Shown here: one piece after another, positions 39,360 through 50,436 of the stretch
How positions within the stretch are numbered: position 1 is the stretch's first letter
Layout: each line of letters opens with the position of its first letter
DNA from: Candidatus Poribacteria bacterium
GTDB taxonomy: Bacteria > Poribacteria > WGA-4E > WGA-3G
Reading direction: 5' to 3'
NCBI GenBank assembly: GCA_009839745.1
Contig: VXPE01000079.1
Location: forward strand, 44,762 to 108,761
DNA: 64,000 nucleotides
Notes under the pieces: model-generated
The model's input: the letters and a program-made list of their open reading frames with translations, nothing else
Database searches by the model: none
What the model was told of the DNA's origin: nothing
Program-made: the position numbers and the translations under genes

Positions 39360-41362
39360 TGTTTTTGACGCAAATCGCAAATAAAGCGTGCTGTATCCTA
39401 ATAATCTTGCTCGTCTGTATGCTTTTCTGGTGTATCGGTGAACACAATCTTGCCGTTTCACAGCAAGCACAGATTGCGATTCTCCTACCGACAGCCACTT
39501 CTGGGGTATCCGAGGGAGACGTTCAATATGCGCGTTCTGTCGCTAAGCGGTTCAATCGAATGCTCAGCATGATCGGGTTCACTGCCGACACCCTTGAAGA
39601 CCCATCGCTCTCTAAGGACCAACTCAAATCCCTTAAGTTGATTGTCCTGCCATTGAACCCCGTGGTATCAAAACAGACAACACGTCTCTTGAAAAATTTT
39701 GTTGCGGGTGGCGGTAAGCTTTTCGTAACCTATAGCTTGGCGGATAAGGTGGCACCGCTATTGGGTTTACGACAAACGGATTGGCGCAAAGCGGAATCGC
39801 CTGGACAGTTCGCTTCAATTCAGTTGCGTGCGCCCGAAATACCTGATATGCCGACATCTATTAGACAGGCATCGTGGAACATTACAGTCGCAACACCGAC
39901 AACACCTCAAACGAAAGTTATCGGGTATTGGCACAATATGGCAGGAGAATCGACACGTTTGCCTGCCCTTTTTGTGGGCAAATCGGGTGTGTTTTTTAGC
40001 CACATTTTCCTCCCAGACGACATCCTAACCAAGACGCGAATGCTTGCAGCACTCTTAGGGCATCTCGTCCCAGAATTTCGGCACTCACTCACCAAGCAGG
40101 CTATAGAAACCATGACCACCGTGGGGCATACAGACGGGCTTGAGGCGTTAGCGACGTTTGTCCGAAAAAGCGGTGTGTCAAGCGCAGCAGACGCTTTGGA
40201 AACCGGAAAACGTTTGATGGAGAAGGCGCACGCCGAGTATAACAGTAAGGCTTACACTGCGGCGATAACAACAGCACGGGCAAGCCGAGAAGCATTTTCA
40301 GAAGCCTATTTCTTGTCGCAGCGTAGCCTTGAAACCGAGGGACGCGCCGTGTGGAATCATTCTGGACTTGGCGCCTATCCTGAAGATTGGGATAGATCCG
40401 CCAAAGAATTGGCAGCGGCAGGCGTGAACATGATTCTCCCAAACATGGCATGGGCAGGGGTGGCGCATTATGCCAGTAAGATCTTACCCCACAGCAAAAC
40501 CTTTACACAATATGGAGATCAGTTATCGCAATGCGTCGCGGCGGCACGCACATACGGCTTAGAAGTGCACGTGTGGAAGATTACGTGGAATTTGGAGGGG
40601 ACACCGAAAGAATTCATTGAGAAAATGCGGAAAGAGAAGCGAACCCAAGTCTCCAGGACCGGAAAGCCATTGAATTGGCTCTGTCCATCACACCCGAAAA
40701 ACGTCCAGCTGGAATTAGAGAGCATCTTGGAAATTGCGATGAATTACGATATAGATGGCATCCATCTGGATTATATTCGTTATCCGGGAAGCCACGCCTG
40801 TTATTGTGAAGCGTGCCGTAAAAGATTCACGCTTGCGACGCGGCAGCAGATTGACGAATGGCCCAAGGCAGTATTACCTGAAACGGGAGTTTATAGTGAT
40901 CAGTATATTGAGTGGCGATCGCAGCAAATCACTCGCTTGGTCCGTTTGCTACACAAACGGCTGCGAGCGGCGACCCCTCACATCAAACTTTCTGCAGCCG
41001 TCTTTGGTGGTTACCCAGCGTGCGTCACTTCTATCGGGCAGGACTGGATCGCGTGGGCAAAGGCGGGTTACGTCGATTTCGTCTGTCCAATGAATTATAC
41101 AGAGGATGCGGACTATTTCACAAGGTTATTAGCCAACCAACTCGCCTTGATGCCGAAAGGGGTAGCCATTTATCCCGGTATTGGTGCGACTGCTACTAAT
41201 TCGCTACTAACGCCAGATGGCGTCGTTGCACAGATTTATCTCGCCCGGAACTTAGGGGCTTCGGGATGGACGATTTTTGACTATTCCCTTGATATTTCTG
41301 AGACTGTGTTACCAGCACTCGGAGCGGGTGTCGGAAAATCTAAAGCACAACCGCTGCATTGA
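39359..41362 (+). CDS. GHL10 (DUF187/YngK-like) family glycoside-hydrolase-like protein
   Basis: YDIDGIHLDYIRYPG motif is characteristic of GHL10. N-terminal signal/TM segment. Confidence 0.65.
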   Translation: MFLTQIANKACCILIILLVCMLFWCIGEHNLAVSQQAQIAILLPTATSGVSEGDVQYARSVAKRFNRMLSMIGFTADTLEDPSLSKDQLKSLKLIVLPLNPVVSKQTTRLLKNFVAGGGKLFVTYSLADKVAPLLGLRQTDWRKAESPGQFASIQLRAPEIPDMPTSIRQASWNITVATPTTPQTKVIGYWHNMAGESTRLPALFVGKSGVFFSHIFLPDDILTKTRMLAALLGHLVPEFRHSLTKQAIETMTTVGHTDGLEALATFVRKSGVSSAADALETGKRLMEKAHAEYNSKAYTAAITTARASREAFSEAYFLSQRSLETEGRAVWNHSGLGAYPEDWDRSAKELAAAGVNMILPNMAWAGVAHYASKILPHSKTFTQYGDQLSQCVAAARTYGLEVHVWKITWNLEGTPKEFIEKMRKEKRTQVSRTGKPLNWLCPSHPKNVQLELESILEIAMNYDIDGIHLDYIRYPGSHACYCEACRKRFTLATRQQIDEWPKAVLPETGVYSDQYIEWRSQQITRLVRLLHKRLRAATPHIKLSAAVFGGYPACVTSIGQDWIAWAKAGYVDFVCPMNYTEDADYFTRLLANQLALMPKGVAIYPGIGATATNSLLTPDGVVAQIYLARNLGASGWTIFDYSLDISETVLPALGAGVGKSKAQPLH

Positions 41363-41449
41363 CAAGCATATTCCCTTCCATTTTTATAGTAGGATCGCTA
41401 AACATCTTGGTGCTTGCTTCTCCACACTTAGGGTATGGAAGGACCAGGA

Positions 41450-41480
41450 CCCGGTAGGAGCGGTTTCTAACCGCTCCGGG
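41450..41480 (+). terminator. Stem-loop CCCGG-TAG-GAGCGG-TTTCTAA-CCGCTC-CGGG downstream of the GHL10 gene (possible terminator, no clear U-tract)
   Basis: Nested perfect inverted repeat read directly from the sequence. Confidence 0.3.
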
Positions 41481-41697
41481 CATTGAAAAACACTGTTCAA
41501 ACACCAGATTCTACTTGCACACCATTGATAAATCGTGTAAACTAAATTGAAAGCAAAAATCTTTCGTAATAAGCGGCACATGGATAAAAAGAATCGGTGT
41601 GGATTTTCATACGGATGCGCTGCCGCGTGCTTAGTTTTCTAAATACAGATTGTGGAAGGTGCTCCTCTACCGAAAATTAAAGGAGATTTTTTGATTA

Positions 41698-43161
41698 ATG
41701 GCGCAAAAACCGAATATTCTATTTTTGATGAGCGATGAACATAGTCCGCACGCTATGGGGTATGAGGGTAATTCTATTGTCCAAACACCGAATCTTGACC
41801 GGCTCGCAGCATCCGGCACCTATTTTGAGAGTGCCTACTGCCAAGTCCCGCTCTGCACGCCCTCCCGGATGTGTATGCTCACCGGAAAACACGCGCATCG
41901 GTGTTCAGCGTGGAATAATGGGTCTATTTTGTTTCCTGAACATCTCACGATGCCGGCGCATTTTGCACAACACGGTTATGCGACTGCACTCGTTGGAAAG
42001 ATGCACTTCGGTGGCAAAGAGCAGAACAACGGTTTCCAGTCTCGACCTTACGGCGACTTGCGTGGGTATGCCGGACACCAAACAGATCCGATAAAGACCC
42101 CATCTGGGACGCGACAACGTACACGACTCGCTGGCATCACTGAGATTCCGACCAGCATGCTACAAGAACGGGTTATCAATGCGGAAACGCTCGAATACTT
42201 AAGGTCCCAGCCATCGGAACAACCGTGGTTCCTACTGGCAAGTTACAGCCGTCCACACTTTCCACTCACAGCCCCCAAACGACTTTTTGATAAGTATTTT
42301 CCCGATAATGTGGATATGCCCAATGTGCCGGATGGACACTTGGAACAGACGCACCGTTACGCGAAAGGTTTACGGGACAACTTCAAGACAGACGAAATTC
42401 CGCCCGAAGAAGCGCGTAAAGCGCGAGCGGCTTACTACGCCTGTTGCGAATTCCTTGACGAGACCATCGGAGATCTCCTCACACTTTTAGAACGGGACGG
42501 TTTACTGGAGAACACCATCATCGTTTATACGACTGATCACGGTGAAATGGCAGGAGAACACGGGCAGTGGTGGAAATCCAGTTACTATGAGGCAGCCGCA
42601 CGCGTGCCATTAATCGTATCGGACAGACATTTACCGCATCCATACGGAGAACGCGTGACCGCACCTGTCGAGTTAAACGATCTCTTCCCAACGCTATGCG
42701 CCAGAGCGGGTATCCCTACCCCCGAAGATTTAGATGGCGCGGACCTGACGAATCTTATGTCGGGGGACACTGAAGGGTGGCGTAACACTGCGATCACTGA
42801 ATACTGGGCGAACCAGACCACGGGACCGATGCGTATGCTCCGAACGCCTCGCTACAAATATGTTGCCTTCCCTGAAGATGAATCCATTCTCTTTGATTTG
42901 GAAACAGACCCGCATGAATTTGAGAATCTCGCAGGTCAAGCAGCGTCCCAGGAATTGGAGGCATCTCTCCATGAACAACTTATGGACGGATTCTCATGGG
43001 AGTCTGTTAGGGAACAGATAGATGTAGATAGAGAGCGAAGCCGAGATTTCAAAGAGCCGTGGGGTAAAGGTACCCCGAACCAGTACACACTCCCCGATGG
43101 GCGTGTCGTTGATGCGGAAACCTGTCTCTATCGTCCTTCAGTGAGAGAAGAAGGCTCATAG
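41698..43161 (+). CDS. Formylglycine-dependent sulfatase (arylsulfatase/choline-sulfatase family)
   Basis: NILFLMSDEHSPH and the C-T-P-S-R FGly motif (PLCTPSRMCMLTG). Confidence 0.85.
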   Translation: MAQKPNILFLMSDEHSPHAMGYEGNSIVQTPNLDRLAASGTYFESAYCQVPLCTPSRMCMLTGKHAHRCSAWNNGSILFPEHLTMPAHFAQHGYATALVGKMHFGGKEQNNGFQSRPYGDLRGYAGHQTDPIKTPSGTRQRTRLAGITEIPTSMLQERVINAETLEYLRSQPSEQPWFLLASYSRPHFPLTAPKRLFDKYFPDNVDMPNVPDGHLEQTHRYAKGLRDNFKTDEIPPEEARKARAAYYACCEFLDETIGDLLTLLERDGLLENTIIVYTTDHGEMAGEHGQWWKSSYYEAAARVPLIVSDRHLPHPYGERVTAPVELNDLFPTLCARAGIPTPEDLDGADLTNLMSGDTEGWRNTAITEYWANQTTGPMRMLRTPRYKYVAFPEDESILFDLETDPHEFENLAGQAASQELEASLHEQLMDGFSWESVREQIDVDRERSRDFKEPWGKGTPNQYTLPDGRVVDAETCLYRPSVREEGS

Positions 43162-43203
43162 TGCTTTAAGAACAAGGTTTGGAATTAACAATCATCAGAA
43201 TAG

Positions 43204-43302
43204 TTTTCGGTTATCGGTTTTCAGTTATCAGTAACAAGAGGATTCCCTTAGACGATACCCTTCTTAACCGACAACTGACAACTGACAACTGACAACTGAT
43301 AA
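43204..43302. repeat. Heptamer-repeat inverted block: TTTTCGG TTATCGG TTTTCAG TTATCAG ... 36 nt ... CCGACAA (CTGACAA)x3 CTGATAA, ending 3 nt before the ATG of paralog 2
   Basis: Direct reading; the two blocks are imperfect reverse complements that can form a long hairpin. Confidence 0.7.
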
Positions 43303-43304
43303 AG

Positions 43305-45338
43305 ATGTTGCTAAATACGCGTCAAACCCCCGATCTGGACAACGAAAAAATCGGAACGGCACCCCAATCGTTAAAAAACCAAAAAATCCGGTTCCCTGCC
43401 ATTCTTGTAGGATTGCTTTTGATAGGGGCGATGTGTGCGATCACACCCTACAACAACTATTTCCTACAAAACACGAAGATCGCAGGCAATCATCTCCCTG
43501 TTGGTTCAATCTTCGGGGTTCTCATTCTGGTGTTCCTCGTCAATGTGCCGTTGCGTAAGTTGATGCGGAATGGGCGTTTCGCTTTCTCTGCGCTTGAATT
43601 AACCGTTGTCTGGATGATGCTGATCGTCGCAGTTGGCATTCCCTCAATGGGGTTATTGCAGTTTCTGCTGCCCTCCCTTGTTGCGCTCCAGTACTTTGCG
43701 ACGATGGAAAATGATTGGTCAGAAACGCTCCATCCGCACGTCCCAGAATGGCTTGTCGTCACGGAGCCCCACGCGGTAACAGACTTCTATGAAGGGATTG
43801 CTCCGGGTGAAAGCGTTCCCTGGATGCTATGGCTCAAGCCGTTGCTTGTCTGGGGTCTTTTCGTGCTGGTCTTCTATTTTACGACGCTCTGTCTTTCCAC
43901 AATTCTCCGAAAGCAGTGGGTAGAACGCGAAAGGTTTTCGTTCCCCTTAATCCAGATTCCGATACAGCTCGCTGCTGAACCGGCGCGCGGCACGCTCCTC
44001 AACACCTTTTTCAAAAACAGGCTCCTTTGGGCAGGGATGATCCTGCCGGTGGTGTTGCACCTTATCAACGGGTTGCACGCCCACTTTCCGAGGGTGCCAG
44101 AGATTCCACTGATTTACAATATCTACACCGTCTTCACCGAAAAACCGTGGCATACCCTCGGATGGTGGCCCGCGATGCGGTTCGTCATCTATTTTTCGGT
44201 CATTGGGATCGCCTCGTTACTCACGCTTGAGGTTTCGTTTAGCCTCTGGTTCTTCTATCTCTTTTTCAAACTCCAGTATATCATCATGAATGCGATCGGA
44301 CTCAGCATCGGTCCCTGGATTAGTTGCAGCCGTCAAGTGATGGGCGGTTATCTCGTTTTTGTTCCCGCGGTTTTCTGGATAGGGCGTGAACACATCATGG
44401 CAGTTTTTAGGAAGACGTTCGGTCTCGGACACGCACGGACGAGTTACGACACCATAGGCGGTCAACCGGTAGACGATTCAAACGAACCCGTCTCGTATCG
44501 TGTGGCACTTCTTGGATTTTTCGTGGGATTTATTGTTCTTGTCGTGTTTCTGGTCGTTGCGGGGGTAACAACGTGGGTCGCGATTGTAACGCTGCTTTCC
44601 ATCTTTATCACGTCAATCGTTTTGACCTGGATGGTGGTTAACGGGGGATTGTTGCTCGTGCAGGCTCCCTTTTTCCCTTCGGAATACATCGATATTACTT
44701 TAGGTTCCAACGCATTGGGACATAAGAGTCTTGCGATCCTGAGTTTCCAACGCACTTTCCTACGCGATTGGGGCGAATTTATGATGCCGAACTTTCTGCA
44801 TAGTTTCAAGGCGGCAGATGAGGTGAAACTCGCCCGTCGTCGTGTCATGCCGATTTTGTGGGTCTCAATTGTCGTAGCGCTCCTTGTGTCCGTCTACGCT
44901 TCATTGACGCTCATTTACGACAAAGGTGCCCTGTTTTTACAGAGTTGGTCTTTCGTGGTCGCGCCGCGGAACTATTTCCAACGGATGAGCAGTCTTATCC
45001 AATTCCCGATTGAGACGAAGTGGGACGAGGTTTACAGCATGATTGCTGGCGCTGGGTTTACAGGCTTCATGCTCTGGATGCGGCAAAATTTTGTCTGGTG
45101 GTCCCTCCATCCGATCGGTTATCTGTTGGGGGCAACCTATCCACCGTTTCACCTCTGGTCATCGATTTTAATCGGATGGTTCATTAAGTATATGGCACTC
45201 AAGTTTGGGGGTGCCTCGACGTATCGAAAGATTCGACCCGTTGCGTTCGGCTTGATTTTCGGCGAGTATGTGATGGTGGGACTCTGGATGATAGTTGGTT
45301 TCTTTACAGGAATTGGCTATTTTGCGTTGCCGTCATAA
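43305..45338 (+). CDS. Large polytopic membrane protein, unknown family (paralog 2 of 3)
   Basis: 677 aa. Shares family motifs with 29643-31541 and 54227-56152. Confidence 0.6.
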   Translation: MLLNTRQTPDLDNEKIGTAPQSLKNQKIRFPAILVGLLLIGAMCAITPYNNYFLQNTKIAGNHLPVGSIFGVLILVFLVNVPLRKLMRNGRFAFSALELTVVWMMLIVAVGIPSMGLLQFLLPSLVALQYFATMENDWSETLHPHVPEWLVVTEPHAVTDFYEGIAPGESVPWMLWLKPLLVWGLFVLVFYFTTLCLSTILRKQWVERERFSFPLIQIPIQLAAEPARGTLLNTFFKNRLLWAGMILPVVLHLINGLHAHFPRVPEIPLIYNIYTVFTEKPWHTLGWWPAMRFVIYFSVIGIASLLTLEVSFSLWFFYLFFKLQYIIMNAIGLSIGPWISCSRQVMGGYLVFVPAVFWIGREHIMAVFRKTFGLGHARTSYDTIGGQPVDDSNEPVSYRVALLGFFVGFIVLVVFLVVAGVTTWVAIVTLLSIFITSIVLTWMVVNGGLLLVQAPFFPSEYIDITLGSNALGHKSLAILSFQRTFLRDWGEFMMPNFLHSFKAADEVKLARRRVMPILWVSIVVALLVSVYASLTLIYDKGALFLQSWSFVVAPRNYFQRMSSLIQFPIETKWDEVYSMIAGAGFTGFMLWMRQNFVWWSLHPIGYLLGATYPPFHLWSSILIGWFIKYMALKFGGASTYRKIRPVAFGLIFGEYVMVGLWMIVGFFTGIGYFALPS

Positions 45339-45360
45339 CTTGAAAGCAAGGAATTACATT

Positions 45361-46632
45361 ATGCACTCCAATGAAAATAAACTCACAACCACGTGGAAAA
45401 CACGTGCGAAAACCCGACATACCGTTACTGGGATTCGGACGTGGCACGTTAACTTAAATCCACGCGCAATGCCCGGTTTGGGGTTTGCTAAGGGCGGTGA
45501 ATGCCATACGCGCATTCATACCCGGGGAAGCCCACACGGGAGACCTCATACCGTTGATTCTGATTTGTGGCAGAAACCCACAACCCAGGCGGCACATGTC
45601 GACTGGCGGGGTCCCTTCGCCGCACAAGCCGGGGCGTTAGTCGTTGAAATTACCACCGATAAGGGTTTGAAAGGATACGGTCTTGGGGGTGGCGGGCTTG
45701 CTGGCGCGCTCATCATTGAGAAACACCTCCAGAACTTCATCATCGGACGCGATCCGCTTGAGGTTGAGGAGATTTGGGAGCACCTATATCATATCACCTC
45801 CATTTATGGGCGACGCGGCTTGGTGATTTACGTCTTGAGCGGCATAGAACTCGCCCTTGTTGACCTGTGCGGAAAGATTGTGGACGCGCCTGTCTATAGT
45901 CTTATTACGGATACACCACACCTTAAGATCCCTGCTTATGCGACGGGTGCCGATGTCGGTTATTACGCAGAGAACGGCTTCGCTGCTTGCAAACTGCCGC
46001 TCCGTAACGGTCTTGCGGAGGGTGAAGATGGGTTTGCGGAAAACGTCGAATTGATACACGCGGCACGAGATGCCGTCGGAACGGAAACAGAATTGATGGC
46101 GGACATCTACCTCCGTTGGGATGTAGATTACACGCTCCGTTTCGCCGAGGCAGCTTCTGATGTGAATCTCAAATGGATCGAAGAACCTATCCCGCTTGAC
46201 GACTATGCAGGCATGGCACAATTGGTCCGTGAAGTTCAACCGGCTTGGATTGTCTCCGGTGAGCATGAGTTCACACGATACGGGTTTCGCGAACTGCTGC
46301 GTTGGGAGGCTGCGGATATGATTCAACCTGATATCAGTTGGGCGGGTGGTTTCACGGAATGTTTACGCATCGCACGTGAAGCCGCTGAACTGGATATTCC
46401 GACATGGCTCCATCAAGCGGGGACGCCGTGGGGCTTGCATCTCACTGCCTGTCTGCCCATGCCGTGTATGGCAGAGACCTTCGGTCCTTCTCGCGACGGT
46501 GTTGAGAACGAGTTGTATCGCCGCTTGCGCCCCACGCCTCATGATGGATTTTTCACCCTCAACGATGCTCCGGGTTTCAGTGTAGAACTCGATGAAGAGG
46601 TCTTAGACGCTTATACAGTTGATCGGTTATAG
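45361..46632 (+). CDS. Enolase-superfamily (mandelate racemase/muconate lactonizing enzyme-like) dehydratase
   Basis: VVEITTDKGLKGYGLGGG capping-domain region and C-terminal barrel-domain metal-ligand region (…LKWIEEP…). The ORF track extends to 45295, overlapping the upstream gene; ATG 45361 is a likelier start. Confidence 0.7.
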   Translation: MHSNENKLTTTWKTRAKTRHTVTGIRTWHVNLNPRAMPGLGFAKGGECHTRIHTRGSPHGRPHTVDSDLWQKPTTQAAHVDWRGPFAAQAGALVVEITTDKGLKGYGLGGGGLAGALIIEKHLQNFIIGRDPLEVEEIWEHLYHITSIYGRRGLVIYVLSGIELALVDLCGKIVDAPVYSLITDTPHLKIPAYATGADVGYYAENGFAACKLPLRNGLAEGEDGFAENVELIHAARDAVGTETELMADIYLRWDVDYTLRFAEAASDVNLKWIEEPIPLDDYAGMAQLVREVQPAWIVSGEHEFTRYGFRELLRWEAADMIQPDISWAGGFTECLRIAREAAELDIPTWLHQAGTPWGLHLTACLPMPCMAETFGPSRDGVENELYRRLRPTPHDGFFTLNDAPGFSVELDEEVLDAYTVDRL

Positions 46633-47451
46633 TTCGGAGTGTTTTTCCTTCATCCGTTTGACAGCATCCAATTTCGTCTGTTGCCAGTCCGTCCAATCTT
46701 TTTTTCCTTCATAGCGGACGACATCGTGAATCGTTGCGCGCGGTTGGTAAGTAATGTAGTTTCCTGTGTGCCACGCGAGGTTCCGGTAAACCATGAAATC
46801 TCCGGGTCCCAGATGCACTTGAACCGCACCCGGAAACTGCCGACAATGCTCTAAGCAGTATCGCTCGGCTTCCGCGTTGGACTGCCCTTCAGCGGGTTTC
46901 CGCAACTTCGGGTCGTTTGTTGATTGCTCTTCGCCGGGTAGATCCCACTGGCGCAGATGGCTGCCGGGGACGAACCAGGTGCAGGCATCGGCATAAATCG
47001 CGCAGTTGACCTGATTGAAATGACGCAGATCATACCAGACTTCCGCCAACTTCGCTTTGACAATCTCATCACGTGCTTCGGGGGGGACCTCCACAACGCC
47101 GTCTCGGTGCCAACCGATGTGCCACGGATGCTCAAGCGGCTCAACGAGAAGCCCCATGATGTCAACGTGACCGTGTGTATAGTCAGGACCGAGCAATTTC
47201 TCGATAGCGTCACGGAGTTCCGGTAACTCTGTGTAGTCGTAAAACGGTTTCAGATCCAGTTCATCGCCGTAATTGGATAGCGGTTGAATCCGTTGCGTTT
47301 GCGGTCCGTTGCGTTTATGTGCCAGATCGCGTGCCTTCTCCGCCTCGCGACGTAAATCGCTGAGCAACGCTGGTGGCACAATCCCTCGAAAGATGAGATA
47401 GCCTTCCGAGAGGTATTCGTTGACCATAAAATCTTCAAATTGAAATGCCAT
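46627..47451 (-). CDS. PhyH-family dioxygenase
   Basis: WHRDG...H motif context; similar to the other PhyH-like genes in the window. Confidence 0.65.
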   Translation of the reverse strand: MAFQFEDFMVNEYLSEGYLIFRGIVPPALLSDLRREAEKARDLAHKRNGPQTQRIQPLSNYGDELDLKPFYDYTELPELRDAIEKLLGPDYTHGHVDIMGLLVEPLEHPWHIGWHRDGVVEVPPEARDEIVKAKLAEVWYDLRHFNQVNCAIYADACTWFVPGSHLRQWDLPGEEQSTNDPKLRKPAEGQSNAEAERYCLEHCRQFPGAVQVHLGPGDFMVYRNLAWHTGNYITYQPRATIHDVVRYEGKKDWTDWQQTKLDAVKRMKEKHSEL

Positions 47452-47471
47452 CTTTTAAATTATGTGCCCTC

Positions 47472-47876
47472 TTAGACCGTCACGCCACGCCATTCATCCT
47501 GCGCGCAGGTAATATCGACGACATTTCCGTCGGGATCCGCAACTTTGAAGGAGCGATCGGGTGGCTTGTCGTCATCAATCTCATCCCCTTTTTTCACATT
47601 GTCCATAATCAATTCAAAACCGCCATCTCGGAGGGTATTGTAGATGCTCGCCAAATCCTCAACGATGATACCGAAATGGATGAACTCCGTGCCCTCCGCA
47701 AACGGGGGACGTTCCGTCCCGTTGTATTGGAGGATTGTCATGTTCAGGGTGCCGTCCGAGAGGTCTAACCCCCCGCGCCCGCGATACCCGACAAACGCAA
47801 AACCGATGGTTTCGTAAAAACGACGCGAGGCTTCCATATCCTTCGTCCGTAATGCGATGTGTCTCAAAAATGCCAT
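47472..47876 (-). CDS. VOC (glyoxalase/bleomycin-resistance) family protein
   Basis: IALRTKDMEASRRFYETIGF N-terminal βαβββ motif. 134 aa. Confidence 0.75.
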   Translation of the reverse strand: MAFLRHIALRTKDMEASRRFYETIGFAFVGYRGRGGLDLSDGTLNMTILQYNGTERPPFAEGTEFIHFGIIVEDLASIYNTLRDGGFELIMDNVKKGDEIDDDKPPDRSFKVADPDGNVVDITCAQDEWRGVTV

Positions 47877-47987
47877 TGTCCTGTCTCCTTTTGGGTGAGG
47901 TGAACTGGATTCGTCAAAGACGTATTGAAATTAGACTTCATTTTACATAAAAACTATTCAAATGTCAATAGAAGACCGCCGACTACG

Positions 47988-48015
47988 CTTGACAAAAACT
48001 CGCGTGTGCATATAA
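47988..48015 (+). promoter_or_regulatory. Consensus sigma70-like promoter TTGACA-N16-TATAAT upstream of the sulfatase
   Basis: Direct reading: -35 at 47988-47993, -10 at 48010-48015, about 38 nt before ATG 48053. Confidence 0.45.
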
Positions 48016-48052
48016 TGAAGGAAATCTGATACAAGTTCACGAGGGATTTTAG

Positions 48053-49510
48053 ATGCGTCCTCAAGGTCCTAATCTGCTCTATATCCATTCCGACCAGCAT
48101 AACCCGTATGTGACGGGTTGCTACGGCGACCCGTTGGTGCAAACCCCTCATCTCGATCGCCTCGCCGCCGAGGGCGTGGTGTTTGAAAACGTCTATTGTC
48201 CATCTCCAATCTGTGTGCCATCCCGGATGTCGATGTTGAGTGGACGCTACCCGCATGAGAACGGAGTCTGGACGAACAGCCACATCCTCGATTCTGGGAT
48301 TCCGACTTTCGCACACGCTATGGGTGCAACGGGGTATCAACCTGTGCTTATTGGGAGGATGCATGCGTTGGGACCGGATCAGCTGCACGGGTATGCCGAA
48401 CGTCTCGTCGGGGACCACGGTCCGAACTATCACGGTGGGGGTGGTGTCGATCACGGTGAACTTTCTGGCACTGCAGGACCGGCACGTGTGAGTCTCGAAA
48501 AATCAGGGGCAGGACAGAGTGCCTATCAGGTGCACGATGAAGATGTGACGGTTGCGACAGTGGATTACCTCAATCGACTCGGCGTCCAGAAACGGGCAGG
48601 ACTTTTAGACGGGCCCTTCTCCATTTCCGTCGGGTTTATGCTCCCGCATCAACCTTTTGTTGCCCGTCAGGAGGATTATCGGCTGTATGAAGGGCAGATG
48701 ACGATGCCCCAAAATCCTGAACCTTTTACGGAGGCGTTACACCCCTACTTTCAGTGGTGGCGTGAAAAGTGTGGGATTGTTGAGGTCTCGGATGCTGAGA
48801 TATTACGCGCACGCACGGCGTATTGGGCACTGGTAACCCGAATGGATGTGATGATTGGACAGATCTTAACGGCACTCCGAGAAAACGGGTTAGATGAGAA
48901 CACCCTCATCCTGTATAGTTCAGATCACGGTGAACAGGTCGGCGAACACGGACTCTGGTGGAAACAGACGTTTTATGAACATTCCGTGAAGGTCCCGACA
49001 ATTTTATCGTGGTGTGGTGCTTTACCGGAAGGCGTGCAGTGCGATCGGGTTGTCAGTTCGCTTGATTTGAACGCCACGATGTTGGATGCCCTCGGGGCAC
49101 CCTCATTACCGCATTCCCGCGGGCGGAGCATCTTACCGCTCCTCCGTGGTGAGGATACACACTGGGAGGACCTCGCCTTCTCTGAATATTGTACCGATGA
49201 CGGGTGTTATCATCGGATGGTCAGAGAGGATGAGTGGAAGTTGAATTACTATCACGGACACCCCCCGCAGCTTTTCAATTTAAAGGACGACCCAAACGAA
49301 TTGCAGGACCGGGTAGACGATCCTGCATGCCAATACATTTTAGAACATTTGACACAAAAAGTATTGGAGGGTTGGGACCCAGTTTCGATTGCCACGCAGA
49401 TGGCTGCGAAACAAGCCGACACGCAACTTCTCGGTAGGTGGGGACGGAACATACAACCTGCAGACCAATACCGCTGGAATCTGCTACCAGAAATGGATTA
49501 TTTGGATTGA
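48053..49510 (+). CDS. Formylglycine-dependent sulfatase
   Basis: LLYIHSDQHNP and C-V-P-S-R FGly motif (PICVPSRMSMLSGRY). Confidence 0.85.
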   Translation: MRPQGPNLLYIHSDQHNPYVTGCYGDPLVQTPHLDRLAAEGVVFENVYCPSPICVPSRMSMLSGRYPHENGVWTNSHILDSGIPTFAHAMGATGYQPVLIGRMHALGPDQLHGYAERLVGDHGPNYHGGGGVDHGELSGTAGPARVSLEKSGAGQSAYQVHDEDVTVATVDYLNRLGVQKRAGLLDGPFSISVGFMLPHQPFVARQEDYRLYEGQMTMPQNPEPFTEALHPYFQWWREKCGIVEVSDAEILRARTAYWALVTRMDVMIGQILTALRENGLDENTLILYSSDHGEQVGEHGLWWKQTFYEHSVKVPTILSWCGALPEGVQCDRVVSSLDLNATMLDALGAPSLPHSRGRSILPLLRGEDTHWEDLAFSEYCTDDGCYHRMVREDEWKLNYYHGHPPQLFNLKDDPNELQDRVDDPACQYILEHLTQKVLEGWDPVSIATQMAAKQADTQLLGRWGRNIQPADQYRWNLLPEMDYLD

Positions 49511-49549
49511 AAGTGGAAGGCAGGTCAAACACTCAATAGGAGAGACAAC

Positions 49550-50413
49550 ATGGCGAACAGTCCAATTCTCAAAGGTGAGCCTTTTAGCGAAGAGAAAACA
49601 GCACAGATTGCCGAGCAATTCTTCCGTGATGGCTTTGTTTACATTCCGGGGGTGTTGACTGAGGGAGAGGTCACCGCATTAAGGGAAAAATCTGATGCGT
49701 TTTTCGCGGATCCGAAACTTGCCGAGATAACGAATCCTGAACTTGCGGATGTCAGATACATCCAGATGGGTGCGCATGCCGAATCCCAGGAAACGCTACC
49801 TTTCATTTTACGGAACACGATCGAACTCGATCCGATTTTCCGGGATATGCTCCTCCGAGAACCGATTCTGAGTTTGGCAGAGGCGATCGTCGGTGAGAAC
49901 TGCAAGTTTTGTGGGCAGAACGTGCTGCGAAACCTTCCTGGGCTCTCGATTGATCGGTGGCATGTTGACGGCTCGGTGCACTTCCCAGTTACCGAAGAGA
50001 TGCCGCGCCACGATCCTCGTTTGCGGATGCCTGTGATGTGGTTCACCGTCCAGATGGCATTGAACGATATTGATACGATTGAAGAGGGACCGACGCAATA
50101 CGTCCGTGGCAGTCATTACTCCGGCAGACATCCCAACGATCAGGACAATCCCGAATTTGAAGGAAATAAACCTGTTTCTATCTTATGTAAGGCGGGCGAC
50201 ATCTATCTACAGGATCCGCAGTGTTGGCATCGGGGTGCCCCGAACCTTTCGGGTAAGACGCGTTATATTTTGCAATCGCAGTATGCGGCATATTGGGCAT
50301 ATTGGCGGTTCAGTCTCTGCAACGGTGTGCCTGTTCCTAAAGACGCACTGGAAAATGCAGACGATCGTTTGATGCGCCTTTTAGGACGCCCGCGTGTGAG
50401 TGAGTTGAATTAA
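49550..50413 (+). CDS. PhyH-family dioxygenase
   Basis: WHVDG...H...WHRGAPN motifs. Confidence 0.7.
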   Translation: MANSPILKGEPFSEEKTAQIAEQFFRDGFVYIPGVLTEGEVTALREKSDAFFADPKLAEITNPELADVRYIQMGAHAESQETLPFILRNTIELDPIFRDMLLREPILSLAEAIVGENCKFCGQNVLRNLPGLSIDRWHVDGSVHFPVTEEMPRHDPRLRMPVMWFTVQMALNDIDTIEEGPTQYVRGSHYSGRHPNDQDNPEFEGNKPVSILCKAGDIYLQDPQCWHRGAPNLSGKTRYILQSQYAAYWAYWRFSLCNGVPVPKDALENADDRLMRLLGRPRVSELN

Positions 50414-50436
50414 GGAGTCTGGAAACGAGGAAAAAC

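Noticed and set aside
45784-46326. 180-aa reverse-strand ORF
   Set aside because: Antisense within the enolase-superfamily gene.
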